Source: Azolla caroliniana (lineage: Eukaryota > Plantae > Polypodiophyta). From it: a stretch of 64,000 nucleotides of DNA. Numbering within the stretch: the stretch's first letter is position 1; every line of letters begins with the position of its first letter. Below the pieces are notes generated by a model. That model was not told where the DNA came from. It saw nothing but the letters and a program-made list of their open reading frames with translations, and made no database searches. The translations under genes were made by a program, and so were the position numbers. The stretch is taken from positions 10,106,001-10,170,000 of the forward strand of contig JBHGNT010000020.1 in NCBI GenBank assembly GCA_043228905.1, given 5' to 3'. Shown here in pieces: positions 24,813 through 38,420 of this stretch.

Positions 24813-27800
24813 TAATTGATTAAGGGGGGGGGGGGGGAGAGATACTAACACGAGTTTTAGGTTCTTGACGACTTAGCTTCCCCTACACATATCGAGCTTT
24901 TATGGTGAAGATGTTGCGTTTCGGTAACTTAAGCCAATACAGGCATGCATTGGTTGGAGGGGGGCTTTTTCGATATGGACTAGCCTATATATATATATAT
25001 ATATTAGCTCGAACGTGCGCGTGCAAAATTGAGACGGCAACAATCGAACCCTCACATTCGAGCTCCACAAATCAACGACCATCATCCACTCGGAACCACG
25101 GAGGACTCACTTTCGCTACTTACTTCTCATTCACCACACAAAAACAAATGGTCATCTCGGAATGCTCTCATGTTATCATCACCAATTGTCGAACCATCAC
25201 GCCATCCACTCACTCAGACTCACCGGGCACCTGCTTACTTCTTGATTGCCCACACGAAGAAATGTATATATTGGGAATTCTCCTGTTGTATCTCCATCGT
25301 CGAACCATTGCCTCATCCACTCGAAGAACCATGGAGGGCTCACTTTAGCTTGCTTACTTCTTGATTGCTGCTAGGTCGAATGTTATTTGTGAATTCTCTC
25401 TATGTATCTCCATCGTCGAATCATTGCTATTTGTCAATCGTAGAAGTGAAAGCCAAGAACCACCAAAAGAACATTTCCTCATATGCTCGAATGTGAATCT
25501 CAAACATGTGCACCCCTTCCAAACAGATACCACCAACCTTGATAATAATAAAAAAGTAAAACAAGTTGCATGTAATGTACACACACATACACACTATCGA
25601 GGGCTCAGACTTTTCCACGCCTCTATAGTAGGAGCGCATGTTCAAATATGTCCAAGTATGACCAATGTTTCCCCATTTCATAACCATTTCTCTCTAAAAG
25701 GGTATACACGAGTGAGTCTTCGAGCAATGGAAATGTACGTACGCAATCCAATTCGCATGATATTTCTTTCCCTCCTTTTTGGATGCCCAACTATGCTCAA
25801 TGTGAGGTTTTAATGAAGTCAACAAGTTGCAAATGAGATGTGTTGCAGTAGTTGTCCTTTACATGAATTGAAAATCAACCATTCATATGTGAAGTGCTCT
25901 AGCCATTCTTTTACATGATGCTCTTTGAGTATAATAAACCTACTAATGCGTTCATTTGTAGTGTTTAACCCATGAGTCCATGTATATGTCAAAAAGGACC
26001 ATATTTTGTTGGCTCTCAATCCAAAAATATATTCAATTAAACCTTACTTACATGGCATACATCTTTGTAAAGGATAAGGTTGGAATACCACATGCATAGA
26101 TAGAAGGGACAACGACAAAACTTTGTAGTTACAGTAGAAGCTTAATTCCCTCTTCCCTTTGTTCGTTTTTTGCACCAAGGTCCAATACACAACTGCAACT
26201 CTCTTATGTATGATTATTATTATTATTATTAATCTTGGCTCGAAGGGCAATGCAATTAGATTACTTTTCTTAATGAGATTTCTATTTTTTTCTTGTTTGA
26301 ATATATATGTAATGATGTCTAAAATCTTCCTATATTGCGTGTTCCTTGGAATTTGCCATTTCAAGTATGAAATGATTCTTTATTACAAAGAGAACCCTCT
26401 ATTTCCCCTTCTCCTTTTAATGCAACTTGTGTGCAACTTAACTGTACATTCTCAACTATAGCAATAAGATGATTTCACAATGTTGGGAATGCTTGCTTCA
26501 TGGGGTTCTTCTATTTCAATCACGTACATTCGAGTCATGTGTAAACCAACTCAAGGAGCCCACTCTTTTTTGAGAATTCTGGCCTAGGCTATTTTGAACT
26601 ACAAGAACAAGTTACATCCACCATCTTCTTCATCATGTCGTACCTTTTGCACAAAAATGGGATACAAATGTGATCGGTTGTTCTCTTGGAATCCATCCTT
26701 CCTCTCATATGCTATGTTGCTCAGTGAGATTTGATGAAGCACAGGATAAGGTGTTTGATGTCGTAAATATGCCAATAAGTGTATAGAGATGCATGCTCAT
26801 TGAAGAAATCATAGGAGCTAACCATAATGATCATAAAAAAATGTTGGAGAACTTATGGATATTGTTTAGCAAAAGATCATATGTTGGGATTATTGTACCA
26901 ATTGTTGATTGATTGTACAAAGAAATAACACATTCATGGTTTGGAGTATTTTGGCATCAAAATTCAATGTCTTGAAGTATCACAATCAGTTGGGCTATTG
27001 TTACAAGAGTTTTGATACTAACATTGTCACTCTCTTGTTTGACCTCTTACAAGACGCTCATATATCTTTCTTTCTCTCCTTTCTCACCAATATGAGTTGT
27101 CTTTGTCTAAAGCTTTTGATTTGGCATTTTCGAGGGATGTCCCGAGCAAGTGTCAAACATTTTGACATTCCATTAAGATTAGCAAACGATTATGTGCACA
27201 TATTTCCAAAGGTAACCAACTACAAAAATGAGCCCCAATGTGATGTGATTTTGCCAAATCCTAGTCAAAATTGATAGTAATGGTTTCACACACTTCAAAA
27301 CGCTATTAAGAGATAAAAACCACGAAATTTTACACAACATACAAATGCCTCACTAAAGCAATTATAGTTGTTGATAAATTGTTTCCCTTAATACTTTTCA
27401 TCATCGCATTCAAATCGGTCATACGAAACATGCACCAAACCGAAAATAAATGAATGGGACAATGTACAACACATTCTAGCATAGTAATTCCTATGCATGA
27501 GAAACTTTAACTCATTATGTGAATGGATGGAAAAAACGTTTTAGCATCAGGGAGAGAGACAATAATGCATATGAGATAGTGACAAGCATCCATTTTGTGT
27601 TAATGGATCAAGAATAGGAAAGGCATACTGTTTGGATATGCATGTACATTGTGACTTTCTTAATACACTACGTTTATAGCTACACAACGTGTTTGGATTT
27701 GGGAGAGAAATTTCTGAATTCATTTTGAATGTGATGTGATCTGGTGGAAAAGCTGGCAATGTATATTTCTTCATGCATACATCGTATTAAAGAAGATTAC

Positions 27801-30590
27801 TTGTTAGATTATACTTATGCAATATGATGAGTTTCAACATATAAGTGACTTAAATCTCCTATGTTAAAATGCAGTCTTCCCTTTTAAAGTTGGCCAACCT
27901 GACAGTTTTGTACGACCGCAATATGTTTGTTCGTCACTCTTTTCATAAATAGGCTCCTTTTTCTTTATAGAAAAGGATGATGTTCATTGTCATCAAGAAC
28001 GAGAACATTAAATGCTTATTCGGAGGTCATTAAACATTTTACAATCTAAAAAGCAAGCTCAAAAGTATCAAGTGAACCATGGCCCATGGGGTTTTGTTGT
28101 GAGTCAAACATGTGAAAGCTTGTAAGACATTTGTCTTTGTCCCTAGGTGTTAATGAATAACAAGGGTAAAATGAATTGAGTGCTAGAAGGTAATGTGCAA
28201 TTGTATCTCAAGTTGTGAAAATTCCAATGGAGATATGACATATGATAGTGAATATGAAAAGGATCCTAAATCACCTTTTGTATCATGTTACTCAACCGAA
28301 TCCTATAGCCCCCTACTTGAGTCAAGCGGCACAATAACATGTGTGTAATTGTAGGCTTGATTGCTTGACAAACATGATTACATGTTTCGAGGCACACATT
28401 TTCATTGAAGTGGCTTGTTTGTTGTTAGGTTAATGATTACAAAAATGAGGATCGAAGGGACATCATGGCGTGATTTCATGTTAATTGTGCACTTTGGATT
28501 AAGATCATAGGTTTATCAAATTTGATGATCACGATAGGCTATGTGTATGTGAGTTTGTAGTTTTACGAAACATGGGTAACAAGAACATGTACATCACATG
28601 GGATAATTTCAATAACTTACATGTCTAGACTCTATAGTTCCATGTGTATCTCACTTGTCTGACTTCCATGCCACTTTAGAAGGTAACTTGGGTATTTTAG
28701 ACTTGTAAGGCAAGCAAACATCTACTTGTCAAAGACTTTGAGATTTTGTTGTCACTTACATTAAATGAGGAATGCCTACTTATTGAACAATGTTCTGTAG
28801 AAATCGAGGTATTGGGGGACAAATCGTAGTTCTCCTACTACATTCGCAAGTGCATTGTGTATATAGTAAGTCGGCTCAATGCTATCAATCACCTCACTTT
28901 ATATTGTGTTGATGTGTTTAAATCATGATTCACTAACATTTTTAACATGATTAATTTACAAGGGCTTAAGGAGATTTGGTGGGAATGTTCCTACTTCCAT
29001 GATTGTCTTTTCAATTTTGTAAAAGCCACAATACAACTCGAGTAAATAATGTACCTAGAGGCTAGTAGTGAAGTAAATTTTATCATGCGCAAGTTATTTT
29101 CTGAAGTGCATGTTCAGATGTAGATAAAGCTTTCAACCCGACATGTTATCACACACACACACACACACACACAATTTGCATAAATTGTTCATTGTTTCAT
29201 GCATCAAATGTGTTTGGCTCCTTGAGTTTAGTTCTTGGGTGTACATGGTGTCTACTATTGTCCATGAAAGAAGATAGAGTCATCATGTGGATTTCACATT
29301 TCCCTCTCTCATTATAATAGTAAGTAACGCAAGTAGCGTTTTGAGGATTGAGAGGTCAAACAATATAGAAGAGATTTCTGAAATGAGTGTTATGGCAGCC
29401 CAGGAACATATTTTACAATAGTTTGTAGGATAGTAAGCAAACGTTGGCATGAATTTAACGATTTAGAATTTCCCTCATACTTTTCTATAGTTGTCAAATT
29501 CTTCGATAGTGAGAAATTTGATGCCTCTATTCACCAATTAGCTTAGTCATTGGATTTATTTTTAGTAGAATATATAGAGATCATCACCTCCACATTCTTG
29601 GTACATGTTAACATAAGTGGGTGGTTTATGTTCAAGGAAAATAAGGCTTTCAAACCAGAAAAAATAAAATTTGTGGCAATGAAAGGAAGAAAGATAGTGT
29701 ATCTTCTTCTTTTTTTCCAAAAGAAAGATACTCACTTTTTCATTCACATAGTAATTTGCTTCTCGTATTGACGAATTGGAGGAAACGCCAACCAACAACC
29801 GTATCTAGAAATAATGTTTAGTGTATATCAATACTGTTATTGCATAGTAATCTTTGGATCAAGGATTCCTTGATGTAATATTAAGAGGTGTGCGACATGA
29901 AGATGCGAAAGAACGCTTGAAGTGCCATGGCTTTCCGGCAAAGCCACAAATGTTCCCATATGTGAACCCTCAAACAATGGGGTGTCTGCCTAACCACCGG
30001 CTTTGCCCTACTTTGCCAAGCTTACGTATGCCATGGTCGAGATTACACACTATACCGCCCTACGGTTGTACATGAGATATGTACATATTGGTAATAACCC
30101 ATGGGTTAAGCTCTAAGTTCTAACTATTAACTTTATCTCATTTGTAGCAGGGGATAATATTACTTCGATTTATGTTAATGAAGAAAATATGTTAGCATAG
30201 TTAAAAAAATTCGAGGACTTTTGATAGTTTACATTTTAGATATAGGGTTCCAACCAACAATACTTTTCATGATGAGGATGATAAATTATCTAGAAGGCAC
30301 AAAGGTTCTAGCATGTCATAAATCCGCATCTTAATAAGAGTTCTCACTACAATGTATCAATTTAGTCACAAAGATCAATGTGTATTGGCACCTATTGGAG
30401 AAACACGAAGAAACTTGAAAGTCACCAACTCTGATAGCTTATGAGAGAGCAAAATGAAGAAGCTTCTAGTGGTACAGAACTTCGATAACGCATTCTGAGA
30501 AGATGCACTTGATTAGTTTTGAATATGAGAAGCTTTTATATCTTTGTGGAGATTATATGTAATCAAATGGGTAATAGAAAAGCTTTGTGA

Positions 30591-30592
<2 letters not shown>

Positions 30593-30635
<43 letters not shown>
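30593..30635. repeat. (GA)n microsatellite
   Basis: Directly visible. Similar tracts occur at about 23269-23308, 51900-51952, 53234-53269 and 62572-62608. Confidence 0.97.
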
Positions 30636-30638
<3 letters not shown>

Positions 30639-32183
30639 TATCTATACAATCCTAGTACCTACTCCTAGAACCTATGGAATTGTGTGTCAATATGAGAAAT
30701 TTGTATATTCCTAAAAGTTTGTAGTGGAACTTTAGGTATCTAATCATTTTTATTCCCTAGAATGTGTCGAAAAACAATGGAAGAAAGACCAAGCGATTGA
30801 TTTAGTCATGTCTTACTTGGTGATCTAGAGCATGGTCTAATTCCGTAAATCATTTTTCCTATGACTTAGATGAATTTTCCCCTCCTATTTTCCCCTCCTT
30901 TCAATGTATACACATTACTTTCACAATTTATGAATGGATTTCAATTTAATCCAGACATTAAGTTTTGTGTGAAGTGCCCTCCCCTCTCTCTAAAGCAAAT
31001 TCACAATACTAAAATAACACAAAATACAAAACAAGACTTACTAATTGGCGATTCATTGAACTTTATTGATTTAAAGGATGCCACCTAGAAGGGGAATTAT
31101 TTCAAAGTCAGGTGGAGCCTTTGTGAGCTCTTAAACTATCATTAGTTTAGATAGACACTAGAAGATTGAGCTTGCGCGTGGAGCATAATTAAGTATGTAA
31201 GCTATTATTAATTCACGTCGACACCGACACTACAAAAGTTGCAATACATTTATCTATACTATGGGAATGTTTGTCCTTTTTGAGCTACACTGGAAATTGA
31301 TTTTCGACCTTTTGATCTTTACGAATATGCCTGTTTTTAATAATTATTCCGGTTTTGTCTTCCGACCTATTGAAAAGACACGCACAAGGAATGGGGAGGA
31401 TATATATAACATTCTAATAATTATACACCTCTAATAAAACAATGTATACATTCTACAAGAAGAAAGAGCCTAGAAAAGCAATTATTGTTGTCTTCTAAAT
31501 GAAAAACATTAAGATAATGTTTCATTCCATATTTGTCGTGACTTCTGACATATCAGACGTATGTACATCGAATATTGATTACTGTCATCACTTGTTACGT
31601 TTATATGTTCACTTTGAAGAGGAGATTTTGTGTTTATGTGCCGGCTTGTCTCTAAAGCTCGGTTTTCTTGTCGCTAGACTAAAACAACACAAGTACAATG
31701 AAGACCCAATATAAACAAATCCATTGTAGCGGATTAGGTGAATAAGGCCAAGTTAGGGTTTCAAACGTCACTAACACTTGAAGGAACAATTCCAAATTAT
31801 CATAAATATGGAAAGGTTTCAATATATTGTTATGTTTGTGTTTTAACTGTAAAGATACGTTGGCTTTGCAATAATATTTTATGGTGTGTGCTTGACATGT
31901 GTTGATATGTTTGCTAGAGCATGGAAAGCGAGTTTTCAATATCTAATCAAGGAAGATATGTTTTTTTTGTGAGAATGACGTGCCCTAGAAAGCAATGTTT
32001 GTTTTCTAGGGGAGCATTTTGTAAAGCTAAGCATTGGAACCCATAATGATTCTATGCCGTTTCTCAATGTTAAAAATAGCAAAGATCTTCGTCTTCTTCT
32101 TTTTCTTGTGTTCAAATCATAATGGAAATGTTTTCAAGAAATGATGTATTTTGGAGATTCCTTGTTATCAAAGCATTAAATGA

Positions 32184-35100
32184 CATTTTTTTCCCCCAAA
32201 AAGAATATACTCCATTAGTTAAAATATACACAACTCCGATCATCCCTTTCTCGGGTAGGCCTTGCCTAAACTATCCTATCATTCATGAGCAAACTCACTT
32301 ATTTATCTTACACTTTCACATGTGTCTCTAGCCAACCTTTCATACACATCACTTGCATTCAATATCTCACATGACATCTCGTTCACGCCCCTCTTTCAAC
32401 TAATGGGAAGGCGGAACAACCATCTGGATGCTACATACTACCATCGTATATCCATTCCATTTGATGTGGCCATCGGTGTAGTACACCAACGTTTTTTGAA
32501 ATTCAGCCTCATTAATTTTGAAGCATCATCAGTACCATCAATCCGTTCATATTGAGCTCTCAATGTAGTTATTAGTGTGTGCCATATTAGCTTAATCAGT
32601 TTAGTTGGAGGGCGTATGTTTGTTGAAAATACCCTAGTACACCTTGCTGTCCATATGCACCATATGGTAATGGGTGCAAGCAACATCTGAGCTCCAAATT
32701 TTTGCTTCTGCACAATAACTGCAAAATTTATGTGTTGCAATCTTGTTGTGTTCTTGTTCTAGAATAATCCGCCTCCCAATTTTCATGTTGTACCTAAAAA
32801 ATTGAACCAGCTTTGCCCCCTCAGTTCGTCCTTGAGTTCTCTAGAAATACATCACCTGGGTCGCATGATAGTTGATCCGAATGCCCTTCTATTGGCCAAC
32901 ACACTATCGTCAGTGTGATCTCCCTTGGGTTAGGGTCAATAATCATATCCTTTCCATTTTTTGCAACCAGCCTAATCGGCCTTTCGCTTTGATAGGCTGG
33001 TTTCTCACCACCTCTTGCCATTCTATGTTGTATTTTGTAGTAGCATGCCTCATTCTATTATGCTTTCATTCCATTAATTCCAATTAAGCAATTCTCAGCA
33101 TCTATAAGTATTGTCCACACAATTTCAGAGGTAATTATATCTTCCTCTTCCAAGGTATGCCTGTTGCATACAATGGCATATGTAATTCTCTTGAGCATGC
33201 CTTTAATCCTGCTTATTCTCCATATTCTAGCCTTTTTGAGTGCCCACATCATTGGACAGAAATCTCTTCCACTCCACTAATGCATTCCCTTGGCATTGAT
33301 TAAGTCAACCCATTTGAAACCTACAATGATTTTGTCCTATCATCCGCCCATCCACATCTCTAATTAGTGGGTTCCACACAATTGGCATGTAGATCTAGGC
33401 ATATGCATAATTTCTCCACCTACATGTGATCCCCTTTTTGATTTCTTGCCATGCTTTCATAATTCCAATAACACATAAACTTTGCATACTTCCCCAATAT
33501 TTGGGTCACATTTATGGCACAGAACCCCAAAAGGGGTTGCTTGGCCAACCTCCACCTTGTCTTGACAGTCACATCTTCCATCTACGTCTCCATCGAATTT
33601 TCCAAGGTGCCTCAGGTGGTTGTAAGCTCCTGACCACCAGTTTGCCTAGCATGGCCTTCGTTTGCACCATGGGATCTATCAATCCCAACTCGTCTTCACT
33701 TTTTCCTTTTATAAGTGTGGTCCAACCAACCTTTGCACGAGCCTGTTTTTCCTCTGTGCCCCCCCATAAGAAATTTCTGATAATCTTTTTTTATCAATTT
33801 CATCGACATGGGCATGATTATCTAGCATGCAGGAGTATGCCATATAGTAGCCATTAGAAGCTGATTTGCAATCACAATCTTGCCCGCAAAGGATAGGTTT
33901 CTTGTATTCCACCATATTCGCTTCGGTTTTATCTTGTCCACTAGTAGATTGTAGTATTCTGCTCGACCGATGTCCATACCAAATTTGAAGCCCAAGTATC
34001 TAGTAGCTTCTCCTCTCCCCAACCACCTGAAATTGGGGTTAGGGACCCAATTTAACACAGACTTATTACTAATCCAAATGCCCACTGATTTATTCCAATT
34101 TATTTTAGCATCTGATCCCCTATAGAACTCATCAATTGCACTTTGCAATCTGCCCAAGTTGTTTGCATCACCCTTGACATAGGTCGTTGTGTCATCAACA
34201 TATGCCGTATCAAGCACCATTCCGACATCATCAGGCAAGGTAAGGCCCTGTATTTGCCAAGATCTATCAGCAATTTGATAATACAAAGCTTTTGTTGCAA
34301 TGATGTATAGGTACAGTGTCGTGCCTTTCGACTCCGGATCGTTGCGTGAATCGGGTGGGAACCACCGAGGTTTTGGACTAGGAGAAAAGAAAATTCTAAG
34401 GCAATTAAGAATATGAAATATATTGTAAGAAAGAAAGATATGAAAAACTCGTGAATCCCACAAGTATAGTGTAGTAATTGATACTTAGAATGTAAGAGAG
34501 AAATAGATGGCAAAATCGTGAATCCCACGAGTATTTTTTTTTATTAATCAATTCTTGTAAAATAATCAGCAACTCCCATACATCATTCTCTCCTCCTTAT
34601 ATATGGATAGAAGAGGCTAAGCATAGCTTCATGCTTTTTCTAAAGTGTTCATACACACTAAATGTGCATGAGTTGCCTTTTTTTTTACACTATGCTTTTA
34701 TTTCCTAAATATAGTACTCATGCTTGTGCACGAGTCATTTTTTTATTAGTGTACATTTTTCTTATAAATAAAGTATTCAAACATTCCAAAAAAAATGCAT
34801 GACTTACCTTTTAATAAAGGTAGGCGTAAATAAAAGTCTTATATATATTAAATCTATATTAGTACACTTGGTATAAGTTAGTACAATGGTAAGGTTGGGG
34901 TTTGTTTACGTGGAGGTGTAGGGTTCGAATCTTGCCCTATGCATATGTAATAAGTACTTTTAATATTTTATTTTATTTATTATACGTACTTTAAATCAGA
35001 TATAGTATTTTACATATTTCACGTAGTGTGTGATTCACGCTATGACTACGGGACCAATGGACATCCTTGGTGTACTGAACGTAGCATCTTAAAGTTCTTC

Positions 35101-36908
35101 CCCATCATATGAGTAGTAACTTTCCTTGGTATCCTATTAATTAAATTTTTGAAGGCAACTGATCAATTTGTTCCTCTTTGCATACATTTAGTAGTTGAGT
35201 ATAATAGCTCGTGGCTATTTCAAGCATTTCCTCCTTGCACGTGGTCAGTGTGCCATTTGTCTTTTTTAAACATGAAGGTTGAGTCCCAGATCCTCTGCAT
35301 TTGACAACTTCAAAAAAACCTTTAGTAACCCGATCTCCAACTCTCATCCAACTTGCTGCCCTACTACGATATGCATAGGTAATCCTTAATTTCTGGTACA
35401 TATCTAATTTGCTTTTGGCTTCCTCTAGTCGGGCCTCAATCCATACATTATGTGGGTATAATTCTCTTAGTCGTTGCATAAAAGCGATTGTCCAATGCAA
35501 TCTCTGCATTTTCTCCCTTATCTCTTTTCTAATTTCAACCGCTTTCTTCCGAAAAAAACATGCACATTCCTCAAGTTTCCAAGCCATCCTATGAGCAGGA
35601 TCAAGGTACCTCCATTTGATATTAGACCATATTTTCCGTATATCATCAATCCATTTAGTATCCATAACCAATTCCTTGCTCACCTTCACATTTTGTGGCT
35701 TGCATTGATTGTTTTCTTGTATATGCAATAGAATAGGTGCATGATCTAGGAACATTGTTCCAGGTCAAATAGTGCATCTGCCTTTCCTATCAATGAGTTG
35801 AAGGTCCAAATACCATCTGTCCAGCTTGGACATCATCCTCCCATGCATGCTTCCTCCTACTCTAGAGTATAGAAGAGATTTTTCTTTTTGCATTTGAAAG
35901 TTAGGTGCATTCCAACAATCTATTACATTATATGCTAAACAAAACTTATCACATGCGTACTTCTCCGCTCCCTGCACCGTGCAATTTGCATTTCCTCTTC
36001 TATCTTCTGGTTGCTCCACCATATTAAAGTCTCCTCTAATGATCCACAACTCAGCATCCGGTTTCTTGTCCACTAGTTGCAACCAAAATTCTTTTCTTTC
36101 GGCAACTGAATTTGGGGCATATATGTTTAGTATGCCCAAGTTCTCACATCTGTTTTTAATCCTTATGTAGATAACACGACCCTCTATTAAACTCCCCCTG
36201 CCTGTGCATGCAACAATAAACTTAGCTTTCATAGCTATAAGTACTCCCCCATGAATCTGTCTATCCCCTATAGTTGTTGACCATGTATTGGTCCAATTCC
36301 CAGGGCAAATGCTTCCAATTTTATCTATCTTATCCCCATCTAGATGGTGCTCCTACATCATGATAACATGAGGCACCATTGCCTCAGTGCAACGCTAAAT
36401 TTCAACAACCAATACATTCTTTTTCAATTGGAATTGGGTGCCACCAATTCCTTGTATATTCCAAGTTAGCAAGCTACGATTCATATAACCTACATCTTTT
36501 GTGGCCCAGCCAATGTGAAGCTATTAATGATATGTAGATACTACAACAAGAAGACAACTTGTTAGTGGATGATACGATCTAGATGCGTCATGAAAGTATG
36601 GATGAGGTAGGAGAATTAAATTTAGGAAAGGTCGTCAACCCCTTGAAAGAGCAAGCTAAGTCATTGGTGACAACCCAATATATTAAGGGGATAGCAAAAA
36701 TGAAAAGGCACATGCATGCTAGAAAAGAGGAGGGGAAAGGGATGGAGAAAAATAAGGGTATGCATAAATGGCCGAGAGTGAACTGGAATCTTCAATACAA
36801 AGCGACCCCCCTATCAAATACTAGACAACAAATCAAATTGAAATTGATAGGCAAAAAGTGGTTCAAGGAAATGTGTGGAAGTGAGATGAAGAAGGACAAC
36901 ATGTGTAG
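32184..36908 (-). mobile_element. L1/Tx1-type LINE, degenerate ORF2 (APE endonuclease + RT)
   Basis: ORF2 start MNRSLLTWNIQGIG at 36484, endonuclease motifs NIYAPN, GDFN and LDHAPI, RT motifs SVHQGCPL and AYVDDTT. Poly(A) remnant near 32186. Candidate 12-bp TSD AGCATTAAATGA at 32172-32183 and 36909-36920. Interrupted at 34317-35046. Confidence 0.8.
34317..35046. mobile_element. ~730-bp insertion in the LINE RT, probably a solo LTR
   Basis: Removing it rejoins QGCPLVP|YLYIIA. It starts TGTC and ends ATGAC, flanked by TACAG/TACGG (imperfect 5-bp TSD). Minus-strand TATA-like sequence near 34600. Confidence 0.6.
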
Positions 36909-37541
36909 AGCATTAAATGATTATTCAAAATACATCTACACAAAAAACCACCCTTTAAACAAGTAAAAACAAGTTCTAACGGACTTTCCTTGTTAATTTA
37001 ATAGTCGAGAGATGATAGAGCTTGTGATGTTAATTCTAGAAGGCCAAATTTATTCAACCTTCAAACAAAGAAACGAGCAAAAACTTCTATCGTTTATTGA
37101 TTTGTTCATTCTTTGTCTTCCCCTTAGATTTTGATGCTTGTTAGTTGAATACTTGATCTCGTCATCACCTTTGGATGTAAAACCTGAAGCCATATGTGGT
37201 TAGATATCTCCTTTTGTTTCTCAACTTAAACAATAGACATTGTGGTATGTACTATGCTCCACTACATCTTTAATGAATCTCTAAAGCCATAGTTTATTAT
37301 GATCACTAAACTAAACTTGCATAGATACAAAACAAGACTTAATATTTGCCAAATCACCTCACTTGATTATGTAAACAATGATGAATTAGGATACAAGAAA
37401 GATTCCAAATGCATGCGAAGATCAACATTTTGAAAAGAATTTATTGCTACTTTCTGTGTAGACGTTATAAACCTTTATCTCTTATCCCAAAGATGCATGA
37501 AGAAAGGGAATAGGATTTACATATATGTTTGTCATTCCATC

Positions 37542-38420
37542 TTTTTTTTCTTTTTTTCTTTTCCAAAAAAGAATATACTCCATTAGTTATAATATGTATA
37601 CAGAACTTTGACCCCTTTCTCGGGTATTCTTTGCCTAGACTATCCTATCCTTCATAAGTGATCTCATTTATTTATGTTACACTTTCACATGTGTCTCTAT
37701 CCATCCTTTCATACATATCACTTGCATTTAATATCCCATATTACACCTCGTTCATGCCCCTCGTTCAACTAATGGGAGGGGGGAACAACCATCTGGGTAC
37801 TACATACTACCATCGTATATCCATTCCATTTACTGTGGTCATCGGTGTAGTACACCAACGTTTTCTGAAATTCAGCCTCATTAATTTTGAAGCATCATCA
37901 GTACCATCAATCCGCTCATATTGAGCTCTCAATGTAGTTATTAGTGTGTGCCATATTAGCTTAATCGATTCAGGTGGAGAGCGTTTGTTTGTTGAAAATA
38001 CCCTGGTACACCTTGTTGTCCATATACACCATATGGTAATGGGTGCAAGCGGTGTCCATAGATCTCCAAGTTTTTGCTTCTGCGCAATAACTGTAGGTAC
38101 CCTGTTGTCGGCGATCAATCAAACAGTTCCATTCTCCCCTATGTACTTAGCTTTGCATGTGCTATTGTATTTCGCCACATCATCCTCAAGACAGTTCCAG
38201 CAAGCATGTCCCTAGTTGAGGGTGAACGAACTAGAGGCATGGCAAAGCAAGAGTAATGTCCTTCCCCATAGAGCCGCTGCCTAGTTGAGGGTGAACGAAC
38301 TAGAGGCATGGGAAAGCAAGAGTAATGTCCTTTACCCCACGTCCCTACTGGCAAGGCTCTATGCGCAATAAGCCATAAACACATCATTATCTTGCGGTCA
38401 TAACTGTCGTGCCATATCAT
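37542..38420 (-). mobile_element. 5'-truncated copy of the same LINE family, with poly(A) tail and long TSD
   Basis: Matches 32185-32720. Poly(T) on plus at 37542-37562. Flanking repeat ATTTACATATATGT(T/G)TGTCATTCCATCTT at 37515-37543 and 38419-38447. Confidence 0.9.

Noticed and set aside
24840-31900. Possible decayed transposon or gene remnants in the long AT-rich interval
   Set aside because: No motif, terminus or TSD could be supported by eye; a profile search would be needed.
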